This document shows positions 39,369 through 49,507 of a DNA stretch of 64,000 nt, piece after piece. Source of the DNA: Calditrichia bacterium. Lineage in GTDB: Bacteria; Calditrichota; Calditrichia; RBG-13-44-9; J075. Location of the stretch: NCBI GenBank assembly GCA_050633245.1, contig JBOEGD010000007.1, forward strand, positions 251,624 to 315,623. Direction: 5' to 3'. Position 1 is the stretch's first letter. Each line of letters begins with the position of its first letter. Made by a program: the position numbers and the translations under genes. The notes beneath the pieces were generated by a model, which made no database searches, had not been told where the DNA came from, and saw nothing but the letters and a program-made list of their open reading frames with translations.

Positions 39369-41036
39369 CTACCTTCCATAATTCAGAGTTATGTTAAAAC
39401 GATTGGCTGAAAGATCGGCGGTATCTTCATCTGCTGCAATGCGAGCAAGATTACTTTTTTCAAAGCATCCGGTTAAAAACAGCAAATGTGCGATTTCGTA
39501 GCTGGCCTCAATCCCCCACTCCGTGAGTTTGTTGTAACGAAATAAATCGTCGGACAAAAAACCTGGTCTCGGCAACTGATACTGCTGAACGGTTGTTCCT
39601 TCATCGCCGTTGCGAACGCGTCTTCCCCAAATGGAAGCCTGTACGCCGCGGCGAATGCGATAGTTTAACTTGCCATACCAGGAATCACTGTTATTACCAA
39701 TCCAGTGTCCCAAGCGATAATTACTGCTGGTATAGGTGGTAGACGGGATAAAGTGTTGATATACGAATGGATTAATCCGGCTGTATTCCCCGCTGATAGT
39801 CAGATTGTCAATTCCCGGATCGGTGGTTGATGCACCAATAGTCCATGCAAAACTATTGATCTGCTTCTCTGCGTTAAAGATATCGCCTACCGCAACGTCG
39901 TCCATAAAGAAGTCGAGGAACAGGTGCGTATTAGGGACGTGATCTCGTGAACTGAAGGCTACGAAAAACTGAGCATTATCTCCTGCACTATTATCGCGAT
40001 TGGAAACTAAGTGGTCAGTAAGTCGATAAAAGTTCAGCGGCATTAGATAAGCCAGCTCCAATCGATCGCTGTAAACCATGGATTCACCGATGGCAAAGCG
40101 AAAGCCTCTAAATGGACGAAGTGTTAGCGTATGCGAGGCAATATATTTGTCGCGGAATACTTTGCGCAAGCGACCGTCTTCCAACAGATAGCTTCGGGAA
40201 GAATCAACTTGAACGCTCTCGAGCCACCCGTGAAAATAGTTAAAACTAATCCACTCGGCAGGCTGCAAATCTAATCTTAAGAATGGAAATGAAGGCGCTT
40301 TAGTAGAGAGTACCACATTACCGTCCTGCGCATATCCCCAGGTCATAACATCTTTACCAATAGCAAAGCTACCCCAGTCCCAGCCTGTGGCGATATAGTT
40401 ATTTGTCTCACTGTATTCGATCGACTCGTTCTCATCTTGCGCATCGAGAATTACACCCGTCTCGCGCGAGAATGCTTTGGTACGATCAATGTTATCGCCT
40501 TTTTCAAGATTATCACGAAAGTCGAAGCTGTAGGCGAGATAGTCCGTCAAATATCCTTCCAGTCGGATACCATTCCAGCGATGGCTTTCACTCTCGCCAT
40601 CGTTTTGCCCAATTTCCTGACCATAGATTGGATCGCCATTCAGTGTAAATCGTTCGTCATGATACGAAAAAAAACGCCAGCGATCTGCCTTATCTTTACG
40701 AAGAAGTCCAAATTCATAGCCATCAGGTTTCTTCTTTGCAATACGCTCCACTTCGGGGTTAAACTCACGCATCAAAAAGTTAAGTTCATCGCGATCAACA
40801 GCGGTAAGTTCGTCGCTTTTCTCCTGCGCTTCTAATAGCTTGCGAGCAATATAATCTCGTCCTACTGGCTTAACCACATCGTTAAACTCGACAATGCCCT
40901 TCTGGCTCAGCCGTTCCATAAACGTATACACTTCGCGGTGCAGCGGCTCGAATACGGGCTGGCTGAAAGAATAGCTGGAAGCCAGAAGTAAGAAGGCAAG
41001 AGCTGATAATTGATTATTGATAAATGATAATTTCAA
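39369..41036 (-). CDS. Outer-membrane protein, capsule assembly Wzi-like
   Basis: Signal peptide, alternating beta strands, GKD.MTWG...VVLSTKAPSFP, LGHWIGNNSD; lies in the polysaccharide locus. Confidence 0.7.
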   Translation of the reverse strand: MKLSFINNQLSALAFLLLASSYSFSQPVFEPLHREVYTFMERLSQKGIVEFNDVVKPVGRDYIARKLLEAQEKSDELTAVDRDELNFLMREFNPEVERIAKKKPDGYEFGLLRKDKADRWRFFSYHDERFTLNGDPIYGQEIGQNDGESESHRWNGIRLEGYLTDYLAYSFDFRDNLEKGDNIDRTKAFSRETGVILDAQDENESIEYSETNNYIATGWDWGSFAIGKDVMTWGYAQDGNVVLSTKAPSFPFLRLDLQPAEWISFNYFHGWLESVQVDSSRSYLLEDGRLRKVFRDKYIASHTLTLRPFRGFRFAIGESMVYSDRLELAYLMPLNFYRLTDHLVSNRDNSAGDNAQFFVAFSSRDHVPNTHLFLDFFMDDVAVGDIFNAEKQINSFAWTIGASTTDPGIDNLTISGEYSRINPFVYQHFIPSTTYTSSNYRLGHWIGNNSDSWYGKLNYRIRRGVQASIWGRRVRNGDEGTTVQQYQLPRPGFLSDDLFRYNKLTEWGIEASYEIAHLLFLTGCFEKSNLARIAADEDTADLSANRFNITLNYGR

Positions 41037-41136
41037 GATATATCTCTGTTCTGAGTTCGGAGTTCTGAGTCAGGTAATCTCTGACCATCTCTCACTGTTT
41101 CTGACCGACCCTCACTGTATCTCACTATTTCCGCCT
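41004..41136 (+). repeat. Three adjacent short-unit arrays (7, 7 and 10 nt)
   Basis: TGATAAT-like x4 (41004-41031); GTTCTGA/GTTCGGA x3 (41048-41068); ATCTCTCACT-like x5-6 (41077-41136). Confidence 0.8.
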
Positions 41137-42374
41137 CCGTTCACTGCCGCTTGCAAAACCTCAAGGTAATCTAATGCCAGCTGATCGCGATTAAAGTAAT
41201 CTTCTACAAACCGTCTGCCATTCTTACCAAGCTCTTGACATGTTTCCGGATTATTATATAGCTTTAATATGCCGTCACGCATTGCGTTAGGATCTTCCGG
41301 TGCAACAAAATGTCCGGCCTTGGCAGAATGAACAACAATTTGACGTGCCTCACCGTCTACACTGATGAGAATAGGCTTTGCAACCGCCATAATCTCAAAC
41401 ATTTTTGACGGAATCACGCAGCGAAACAGATCCAGATCCCGCAGTGTTATTAGCACGATATCACACATATTATAATAATCCGGCAACTCCTGCTTATCAA
41501 TTTGACTGAGCATTGTTACATTGCCCAGCTGTAGTTCTTCTTTCATTCGCAGCAGCTTTTCTTTTTCTGCTCCCTCGCCAACCAACAGAAAATGAATGTC
41601 TTCATTTTCTTGCATCAGGGCGGCAGTTTCCAGCACTTTATCTAATGCGTGAGACAAACCATGTGTTCCAATATATGAAATAACAAATTTATCCTTTAAA
41701 CCAAGTTTTTTGCGTAAATCAGCTTTAGCTTCGGCTGGATGGAATAGCTCCAGGTCAACACCATTTTTAATGATATGGAGCTTCTCACGGTTAATTCCCT
41801 TTTGCTCAATTATCGAAACGGATGATTCAGTAACTACCACGACATCCTTCGCCTTCCGATACAGAAACACCTCCATTGCCTCCAGAACGCGGATAATGGT
41901 GCGGTTCTTTAGCTGCCCAAGCTGTACAATAGACTCCGGCCAGAGATCGCGCACTTCAAAGATAAATGGCTTCCACTTAATGATACTCATCAGATATCCG
42001 GCAACAGCAACAAAAAACTGTGGGCTGGTTGCAATGATAATATCTACCGGACCGGTTCGCCAGGGTCCCAAAATTACAGAACTGAACATAAAGGATAGAT
42101 AGCTAAGAATACGCTTAAAAAAGCCCTTGTTAGCAACCGGATAAATGTAGGTACGGATAACGTCAATTTCGCCGTTCTTTTCGCGCTTATACAAGTGTTG
42201 CGGATAATCCGGTGGAATAATACCGGTCGGGTGATTTGGAAAGGCCGTTACAATTGTTACTGAGTGCCCCTCATGCGTCCACTTACGCGCCAGTTCGAAC
42301 GTACGTGCAGAGGGCGCGCCCATTTCCGGCGGAAAATATTGTGAAATGAAAAGGATGCGCAGTTTCGATTGCAT
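41112..42374 (-). CDS. GT4 glycosyltransferase (WbuB/WcaI-like)
   Basis: ISQYFPPEMGA, TAFPNHPTG, EVRDLWPES, NGVD, IPSKMFEIMA. Confidence 0.9.
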   Translation of the reverse strand: MQSKLRILFISQYFPPEMGAPSARTFELARKWTHEGHSVTIVTAFPNHPTGIIPPDYPQHLYKREKNGEIDVIRTYIYPVANKGFFKRILSYLSFMFSSVILGPWRTGPVDIIIATSPQFFVAVAGYLMSIIKWKPFIFEVRDLWPESIVQLGQLKNRTIIRVLEAMEVFLYRKAKDVVVVTESSVSIIEQKGINREKLHIIKNGVDLELFHPAEAKADLRKKLGLKDKFVISYIGTHGLSHALDKVLETAALMQENEDIHFLLVGEGAEKEKLLRMKEELQLGNVTMLSQIDKQELPDYYNMCDIVLITLRDLDLFRCVIPSKMFEIMAVAKPILISVDGEARQIVVHSAKAGHFVAPEDPNAMRDGILKLYNNPETCQELGKNGRRFVEDYFNRDQLALDYLEVLQAAVNGGGNSEIQ

Positions 42375-42509
42375 CGTGCAAACAAGCTCCGGTTTATCTG
42401 AGGACAGCGATTCCGGTAACTTGAGCCGGAATGGAGCCATAACATAACACAATACACAGCCTTTCGCAAGGCCGTGAAAACAGCGTTTTATGCCGCGGCA
42501 GCTACCAAA

Positions 42510-43322
42510 TCAACTATTCGGCAAGCAGCTGGCGATCCTGGTTGAGCTGTTCTTCTGGAGAACCCAGGTTACGTTCATTTTCATCCGTGTAAAATATTCG
42601 CCAAGTAGCGTCAACTGCCCTTTTCCGATATAGGTTTCCTCAATTTCTTGCCTTAACTCCCGGTAATCAAACCCCAAATGCGGTCCATACCCGGGAAGAC
42701 CGGCCTTGCGGTAAACAGAAATCGGCTTGTCTAGCAATAAGCTTTGCAAATAGCGAATTCGACTCTCGCCATCGAAAAAATCACCATATGCATTCGACCG
42801 CAACAGTGAACGCCCCCAATATTTAACAATCCCGGGTAAGCGAACTTCGTTGGGAACCGATATAAGCAACAAGCCACCGGGCTCTGTAGCGTTTACCAAG
42901 TTTTTTAACGCATTTTGGAGATTTCCAACATGTTCCAGTGTTTCAAAGCAGGTTACCACGGAAAATAACTTTTCATCAAAACAGTGGATTTCATTCAAAT
43001 TAAGCAGGTGAAATTGCGAAGCCGCAATCTTCTTTTTTTGGGCCAGTGCCAGCAAATCGGCATTGTTATCGTACCCACAGATTGTATTAAATGTTACTTT
43101 TTCAGATCGTAGAAACTGCTCAATAATGAATCCATTTGAACACCCGAAATCGGCCCAACGCGACGCCTGGGGCGGTTGATAACGAATAAATAGCTCTCGA
43201 AGAACTGCTAAACGGCCTTGATGAATTTTTGAAACTAAACCTTGTTGGTAGGAGCTCTCGTGAACGAATGTTTCTGAACATTTTGGCTTTGCAGAAAAAA
43301 GCAGCATCTTCCCCCCATTCAT
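42510..43322 (-). CDS. Class I SAM-dependent methyltransferase
   Basis: ADFGCSNG, CFETLEHV, PGGLLLISVPN. Confidence 0.85.
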   Translation of the reverse strand: MNGGKMLLFSAKPKCSETFVHESSYQQGLVSKIHQGRLAVLRELFIRYQPPQASRWADFGCSNGFIIEQFLRSEKVTFNTICGYDNNADLLALAQKKKIAASQFHLLNLNEIHCFDEKLFSVVTCFETLEHVGNLQNALKNLVNATEPGGLLLISVPNEVRLPGIVKYWGRSLLRSNAYGDFFDGESRIRYLQSLLLDKPISVYRKAGLPGYGPHLGFDYRELRQEIEETYIGKGQLTLLGEYFTRMKMNVTWVLQKNSSTRIASCLPNS

Positions 43323-43531
43323 GAATTTTTCGGATACTACTCGGCCAGACTTAACGACAGCAGAATACGATTCGAATACGAAAAAACTTTCGCACTCGAT
43401 TTTATACTGCCAAGCCGTTTCCGACCGGTAGAGAATTATGAATGAGGGTTCTATACACTACAATTTCAATCTGCTGTTAGCAAGTAGAAACTTTTTGCAA
43501 TGGTTTGGAGGGGGAATGTTTGAACCGAGTT

Positions 43532-44674
43532 CTAGGAATAGATTTGTTTCAGGCTGAGAACAATCGCCTCTCTGGAAAACAACTTCTTACCGGCATTCAA
43601 TACTTTTTCCGTAGATGGCTGGTACTCTTCACTACTCAAGAATGTACGCAGAGTCTCAGCCAGCTTGTCGGCATTTACTTCAGACACCAGATACCCATTT
43701 TCACCTTCGAGAACCATTTCCGGAATACCGCCGACCGCCGTTGCAATAACGGGAATACCGAGGGTGTTGACCAATGGAATAACACCGCTCTGCGAACTAC
43801 GACGATAGGGCAAAACCCCGATTTTAGATGCTTTTATTTCACGGATTAAGTCCTCTGTAGAGATAAAATCCGGATTATAGTCGGTCTTATTTGCTACTCC
43901 CGTTTCATGAATCTGTTTCTCGTACGTTGCAAAATGTCCATAAGCATTTCCCAAAATGCAAAGGCGGTATTGGGGGTACTCGGGGCTGACTTGGGCAAAT
44001 GCATCTATCAAAACATCCAGGCCTTTATAGGGCAGGATTGCGCCAAAGAAAAGAATTCGGTTTTCTTGTTGAATCGCATTCAGCATATCTTGCGAGTACC
44101 CTGCTGCTGACACGATTTCCGAAAAGTCTGGGTGTGGTATAACAGAAATCTGCTGTTCAGGTATGGCGGTATGGGCCAAGATTTCCTTTCTAACAAATTC
44201 TGTTAACACAACTATCTGGTCAGCGCTCTCATATAACTTCACAAAGGAGCGTTTATGTCGCTCACCGGAGTCGTGAGGAAGAAAGTTATGTGCGGTGAGA
44301 ATAACCTGTGTGCCGCGTCTTTTCAGATATTGAATGAGAACTAAATCCAGTGCAGGAAGACGAGACCAATTAAAATGAACAGTCCCGACATGCTGCCTGC
44401 CTGCCAGTCTGGCAAGCCGAATCAAATCCAGCGGATATTCCAAGGCCCTTAGTATCTGTCGCGCAGAGCGTGGTAGTGAGAACTTTTCGCAGAGCCAGGT
44501 AGAGCAGCGAAAGAAAAAGATTTTCGTGTTGGGCGGTAGAGGAAACGACTCCCAGGCAAACTTTGAGGTCAGAAATGATATCTTTACTCCGTCGGCATTC
44601 AAGATATTCAACAGACAGAAGTTGTACTGGGTGGAGGCATTGATGGCATCTATATACAGAATTTCTTTTTTCAT
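43532..44674 (-). CDS. GT4 glycosyltransferase
   Basis: TAHNFLPHD, FFGAILPYKGLDVL, LPYRRSSQSGV, PVIATAVGGIPE. Confidence 0.9.
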   Translation of the reverse strand: MKKEILYIDAINASTQYNFCLLNILNADGVKISFLTSKFAWESFPLPPNTKIFFFRCSTWLCEKFSLPRSARQILRALEYPLDLIRLARLAGRQHVGTVHFNWSRLPALDLVLIQYLKRRGTQVILTAHNFLPHDSGERHKRSFVKLYESADQIVVLTEFVRKEILAHTAIPEQQISVIPHPDFSEIVSAAGYSQDMLNAIQQENRILFFGAILPYKGLDVLIDAFAQVSPEYPQYRLCILGNAYGHFATYEKQIHETGVANKTDYNPDFISTEDLIREIKASKIGVLPYRRSSQSGVIPLVNTLGIPVIATAVGGIPEMVLEGENGYLVSEVNADKLAETLRTFLSSEEYQPSTEKVLNAGKKLFSREAIVLSLKQIYS

Positions 44675-44690
44675 TAAAATCGCTTTAGTA

Positions 44691-45338
44691 TCATTCAGCC
44701 TTATTATTTTGCACAACAAGGCGCATACCAAACTGCAAGTAATTTACATCCTTTCCAAAAACCATTGAAGCAAATAGCCCGGCTCCTCGCTTTGCAAAGC
44801 TATTGCCACGGTAAGGATTAATTCCTTCAAACTTGTCGATTCCAAATTGATGATCCGCAATGGTCTTCAGCAAACTTTTTTGCGTAAAAAAGCGCAGGTG
44901 TGTTCTATCCAAAGTACCCTGGTCTTTGTATTGCCAGTCGCGCTTCACCAGTAATTCGAAAAGATTCAGCAAATATCGTACGTTTGGTATTGAAGCGATA
45001 ATATGAGCGCCATCTTGCAAATGCTTCTTAATCGATCGAAAGAAAGCGTCATGGTCAATCATATGTTCAATAACGTCGTTGCAAATTACCAGATCAAAAT
45101 AATTTTCCGGGAGTTTTGGCCGCGCCGATTCATACGTCCCGAGAATCACGTTATCCAGAACAGATTTTGAAACATCATAAGCCTCTTGTACAGGCTCAAT
45201 ACCCCAATATTCATGCGTTTTTTTTAGATGTTGACGAAAAGTCCCTTCACCACAACCAACTTCCAGTACTTTTGAGTATGAATCCGGTAAAAAGGTGGAC
45301 ATCTCGGAACGAACATTATCATAGTAAATAGCTTGCAT
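44691..45338 (-). CDS. Class I SAM-dependent methyltransferase
   Basis: VLEVGCGEG, NDVIEH, SIPNVR, GTLDRTHLRFFT. Confidence 0.9.
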   Translation of the reverse strand: MQAIYYDNVRSEMSTFLPDSYSKVLEVGCGEGTFRQHLKKTHEYWGIEPVQEAYDVSKSVLDNVILGTYESARPKLPENYFDLVICNDVIEHMIDHDAFFRSIKKHLQDGAHIIASIPNVRYLLNLFELLVKRDWQYKDQGTLDRTHLRFFTQKSLLKTIADHQFGIDKFEGINPYRGNSFAKRGAGLFASMVFGKDVNYLQFGMRLVVQNNKAE

Positions 45339-45589
45339 TGTGAGATCTCTCCGATCAAGTCGAAATAGTCCTAGACAAGAACACGTGAATACGATAAACG
45401 AAAAAAATCGATTTGCCTGCTTTTCAGTTGAATAACATAATATAATCTAACTCATTATGCAAGGTCGGCAAAAGAGCCCGGAGTTTAGTAAAATATGACG
45501 TGGGCTTGGTGAAGAATTCGCGATAGACACGGGTTTTTTCTGTGTCAAAAATACTAGTGCCTGGAACAAGAAAAGGAGGCCGGCTTATA

Positions 45590-46570
45590 TTATGGTCGCT
45601 TGGAAAAGTGAGAGTTTTTTGGGGATAAATTTGTGATAGGGATACCAAGGAGCCAAAGTGTCGACAAAAAGTACACCTTGGCCTTCTCCCACGACGGTTG
45701 TCTTAACAAAAAAACTCCCATCGCCGTGTTCAAAACACCGCGATTAAGTGCTGAAAACCCAAGCGCGACTCGAAGCCCCAGAGCATTTAAGAAACCATAG
45801 TGTTTGCGCGCAAATAGAATTTTGGTCTTATATAACTCAATCCAGGTTTTTAAGCGATTGAGATTCATGCTTTGCCCCTCAAGATGAATAATACTTGTTT
45901 TCGGAAAATGATAAATCTTCACTCCGGCTTGGGAGGCCCTATAGCATAAATCCGTTTCTTCAGTATAAATAAAAAAGTCTTCGTCAAAGCCTTCGAGCTC
46001 ATTGAATAGAGCAGTCTCCATAAACATGAATGCTCCCCGGATACTCTCTACTTGTGAACACGCATCTTCATCCTGCCATCGATAATATTGTCGATCAAAA
46101 ACCGGGGATTTTTTAAACAGGCTGTCTAAAAAAAACGCCTGCATCAGTGTGTCAGTAATCCGGGGATAAGTTTGCTTGCTTATCTGCCACGAACCATCCG
46201 CATTCACCAGTTTTACACCAATAATTGCTCTATGATCACTCAGTTCTCTCCGCAATTGCAATACTTTGTCTATAGAGTTTTCAGTTAAAAGCGTATCCGG
46301 GTTAATGAGTGCAAGGTATTTTCCTGATGCTTTTTCAACTGCTTTATTATTCGCTCCCCCAAACCCCAGGTTCTCTTCAGAAGAGATGACCATGTGCTTA
46401 TCGCCATTCAGGCTTTCGCGCAACAGCTCTAATTGGTCAGGATGGGAAGCATTATCTACAATGATCACCTCATAACTGAAACCGTAGCAGTGTTTCTCGA
46501 ACGACTCCAGCAAATCGACAACCAAGGCCGAGGAATTGTAGTTAACTATGATAAAAGAAACATCTAGCAC
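45590..46570 (-). CDS. GT2 glycosyltransferase
   Basis: IIVNYN, VDNAS, NLGFGGANN, INPDT, GFDEDFFIYTEETD. Confidence 0.92.
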   Translation of the reverse strand: MLDVSFIIVNYNSSALVVDLLESFEKHCYGFSYEVIIVDNASHPDQLELLRESLNGDKHMVISSEENLGFGGANNKAVEKASGKYLALINPDTLLTENSIDKVLQLRRELSDHRAIIGVKLVNADGSWQISKQTYPRITDTLMQAFFLDSLFKKSPVFDRQYYRWQDEDACSQVESIRGAFMFMETALFNELEGFDEDFFIYTEETDLCYRASQAGVKIYHFPKTSIIHLEGQSMNLNRLKTWIELYKTKILFARKHYGFLNALGLRVALGFSALNRGVLNTAMGVFLLRQPSWEKAKVYFLSTLWLLGIPITNLSPKNSHFSKRP

Positions 46571-46599
46571 AGAATCGAGTTCCTTAGCGGGATAAGTAA

Positions 46600-48015
46600 T
46601 TATTTTAAAAGAATCTGCCGCATTTCAGCAAGATCCGAGCGATTATAGGTGCGAAACAAAAACAAACCGGCAACATAACAAACTGCGCCAATAGCGATTT
46701 CCAACAGCACCTGCAGGTCTAGAGAGTGGATCGCTAAGGCCATAATTACAGTGGGCACTATTAGAGTGGCAAGAGACGACAGAATTTTCTTCAGTGCGCC
46801 AACCCGAGCAAAATACATTATAAGTCCCAGGACCGTTATTTCACAGATAATCGTGGCAAACGCGGCTCCCATCATTCCATACCTTGGGATGAGAAACAAA
46901 TTCAGAATTATATTGATCAGAGCACCGGTACTTGCCGCATACATGTACTGCTTCTGTCTATTATCGGCAATCAACGTAAGAGCAAATGGCAAGTTTCCGA
47001 ACACGGTAAACACCGACAATATCAAAACAGCAAAAACAGGTGCCGCCGATGCGTATTCAGTACCGAAGAGAAAAATCACCAAGTCATCTGCAACTAAAAC
47101 TCCGCCAGCCACGATCGGCATTGCCACGGTTAATAGATATTTAGTCACCAGTTTAAGGGTATTGTTATATTTGTCCCGCTGAGTAATAAGTCTTGAAAAT
47201 ACCGGAAGTAAGACGCGAGACAGGATATGGGCCGTGCTGAGTATTACCATCACAATTTGATATGCGGCCTGATAATACCCAACAACCCGGCTATTCATCA
47301 TAAAACCAAGCAAAATATAATCAAAGTTATAAAAAATTTGCGTAACGATTATTGCGATTCCCAAGGGAAATGCACTTAGGTAGATTGCCTTTAAGTTCCG
47401 GACAGCCGTATTATCCGGTGCCTCATTCCGCAGTAAGCGCCCGGCATGATACCAGGAAAAACCTGCATTCACCAACACTCCTCCAAACAAGCAAACAGGA
47501 ACCCAGACAACATCTGCAGGATTATGAACTACCAACAATACCAGTGAAGCATAAAATGCCCTTTCCAGAAACTTACCTATAGCCTGGTAGACAAGTTTCT
47601 CTTTGCCCTGAAAAATAAATTGAGCAGAAAAAAGAGTTGAAAATAAAAACAACCCTTGCAAAAGAATCAATTTTCTAAGAAGTGAATCAAAGTTCACAAA
47701 GAGGTAAATCAGAACAATCAGGGTAACGGCAATTGAAAACAACAAAACACGAATGGTGAGAATTGAATAGGTTATCGAGCGTAGATTGACTTTTTTGGCG
47801 ATCTCTCTGGTACCGTAAATATCGAGTCCAGAATTTACAAACAGAGAAAAATAGATTATGATTGCTGCAGCAATTCCCCAATCCCCGAAGGCTTCCACAC
47901 CGAGGCTTCGGGCCAAGTAAATCATCAGGCCAGCTGTTATCAACTTCTCAAATAGCTGAGCAATTATCATTGAGGATAAATTTACAAACAAACCTGACAA
48001 CCGCTTCAAGAGCAA
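46600..48015 (-). CDS. wzx: Polysaccharide flippase Wzx
   Basis: About 12-14 TMs; YLARSLG, VGYYQAAY, NIILNLFLIPRYGMMGAA. Confidence 0.88.
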   Translation of the reverse strand: MLLKRLSGLFVNLSSMIIAQLFEKLITAGLMIYLARSLGVEAFGDWGIAAAIIIYFSLFVNSGLDIYGTREIAKKVNLRSITYSILTIRVLLFSIAVTLIVLIYLFVNFDSLLRKLILLQGLFLFSTLFSAQFIFQGKEKLVYQAIGKFLERAFYASLVLLVVHNPADVVWVPVCLFGGVLVNAGFSWYHAGRLLRNEAPDNTAVRNLKAIYLSAFPLGIAIIVTQIFYNFDYILLGFMMNSRVVGYYQAAYQIVMVILSTAHILSRVLLPVFSRLITQRDKYNNTLKLVTKYLLTVAMPIVAGGVLVADDLVIFLFGTEYASAAPVFAVLILSVFTVFGNLPFALTLIADNRQKQYMYAASTGALINIILNLFLIPRYGMMGAAFATIICEITVLGLIMYFARVGALKKILSSLATLIVPTVIMALAIHSLDLQVLLEIAIGAVCYVAGLFLFRTYNRSDLAEMRQILLK

Positions 48016-48070
48016 ATCCTTTTTCTGGATAAAAGAGCAGGCACTGTGTTATGACTACCAATCAGAATTG

Positions 48071-49465
48071 TTACCGGACATCCGTTCCGGAGTTGCTTGT
48101 ATTGTCAGGGGCAGTATTATAAAAATAGCTGATAATAGAAAGCATAATGGTAATCAACAAGATAGAGTTCTTTTGTGTTAACTGTGGCGACGATATTGAT
48201 AACGGAATGATAGCAACCAATAGTGCAAATATAATAACCAAAAGAATCCAATCACGACGATTGTTTAGCGACATTAATGTTATGTAGGCGACGCGTAACA
48301 TCCCCAAATAGAAAATCAGGTAAGAAATCAAGCCAATAAGTCCAAATTTGAACACCAGCGATAAGTAGGCATTATGTACGTAGGGACCGGTTATTCTCTG
48401 TCTGTTGATAACGCTATCGTAGCTGAATTCCGCCCCAATTCCATGTCCGACAACCGGACTTTGTACAATCTGTTCCCAAACTGCAACGGTTTCAGCAATG
48501 CGTTCCTGAACGGATCCATCTTTGCGTGTTTGTCCTAATGAAGAAAAGCGACTACCTACCTGAAGGATTATCGACTCAGCAAAGTTCCCAAATAAGATAG
48601 AGGCTAATAAGCCGGCGAATAAAACGCCGATTATAGAGTAACTTGCCATTCTCATCTTTAATTGTGGTTTAACAAGAACAAATATAATAAACAGTGCAAG
48701 CAGTGCGGTAACCCAATAACCACGGGAGAATGTAACAACCAGCGTAACGAGGAAAAAGGCGGTTAAAATGCCGAAAGCCAGCCTTCTTTTCAGATCGGAA
48801 TAATAAATAAACAGGGTTGCAAAAGACACACTACCGACAAAGAAATAAGGTTCGTTACCCGTTTTTCTGGAAGCAAGGACTTCCCAGAGTTTTGTTACAG
48901 ACTCGAGCGCTGCTTTATATCGCAGCAAGGTATTAATTCCGGTTAATATCATTACAACTACAATGCAGAGCAGCAGAATATTCAAGCGTTTTCGACTATT
49001 CAACTCCTGCACCAGCGGAAAGAAGAGCAGATAAGTCAGAAACGGGATCAGCTGTCGGAACCAAAAAAGCGGCGGAACACCATGCATAATGGAGATAGGA
49101 AGGGAGGCAAAGCATATTAACAGAAATAATGCGAGAGCCCCCTCAGGAATGGAATGTACCTGCTTTTTTTGTCGATAAAATATTGACTGGATTAACCAGC
49201 CGGCAATCGTTGCAACATAGGATGCACCAAAATAAAGCTCAAGCGGATTAACAGTTTCAGTTGAATGAAGAAAGGCATGAACGAGGATTGTCAGGCAAAT
49301 GCCAAAAAAAGTATTGTGAAATGCATAAAGTAACATACCGGCTGCAACTAACCCGGCAGGAATGATGACACCATACTGAATAGTTAATAGCGCAATAACA
49401 AGTTGAAGAACAACAAGCACTGCTGTAACAGCAGGTGAAAAAAACAGGTTTTGTTGTGTCATCAC
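48071..49465 (-). CDS. O-antigen polymerase/ligase family protein
   Basis: Polytopic; TFSRGYW, ERIAE...SPVVGHGIG, HNAYL...GLIG. Confidence 0.85.
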   Translation of the reverse strand: MMTQQNLFFSPAVTAVLVVLQLVIALLTIQYGVIIPAGLVAAGMLLYAFHNTFFGICLTILVHAFLHSTETVNPLELYFGASYVATIAGWLIQSIFYRQKKQVHSIPEGALALFLLICFASLPISIMHGVPPLFWFRQLIPFLTYLLFFPLVQELNSRKRLNILLLCIVVVMILTGINTLLRYKAALESVTKLWEVLASRKTGNEPYFFVGSVSFATLFIYYSDLKRRLAFGILTAFFLVTLVVTFSRGYWVTALLALFIIFVLVKPQLKMRMASYSIIGVLFAGLLASILFGNFAESIILQVGSRFSSLGQTRKDGSVQERIAETVAVWEQIVQSPVVGHGIGAEFSYDSVINRQRITGPYVHNAYLSLVFKFGLIGLISYLIFYLGMLRVAYITLMSLNNRRDWILLVIIFALLVAIIPLSISSPQLTQKNSILLITIMLSIISYFYNTAPDNTSNSGTDVR

Positions 49466-49507
49466 GTTTGTTATCAGCAGTTAGGTTTAGTATATAAAAC
49501 TGAGTCG

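Noticed and set aside
26942-41136. CRISPR array
   Set aside because: The units are 7-10 nt and directly tandem, with no spacers and no cas genes.
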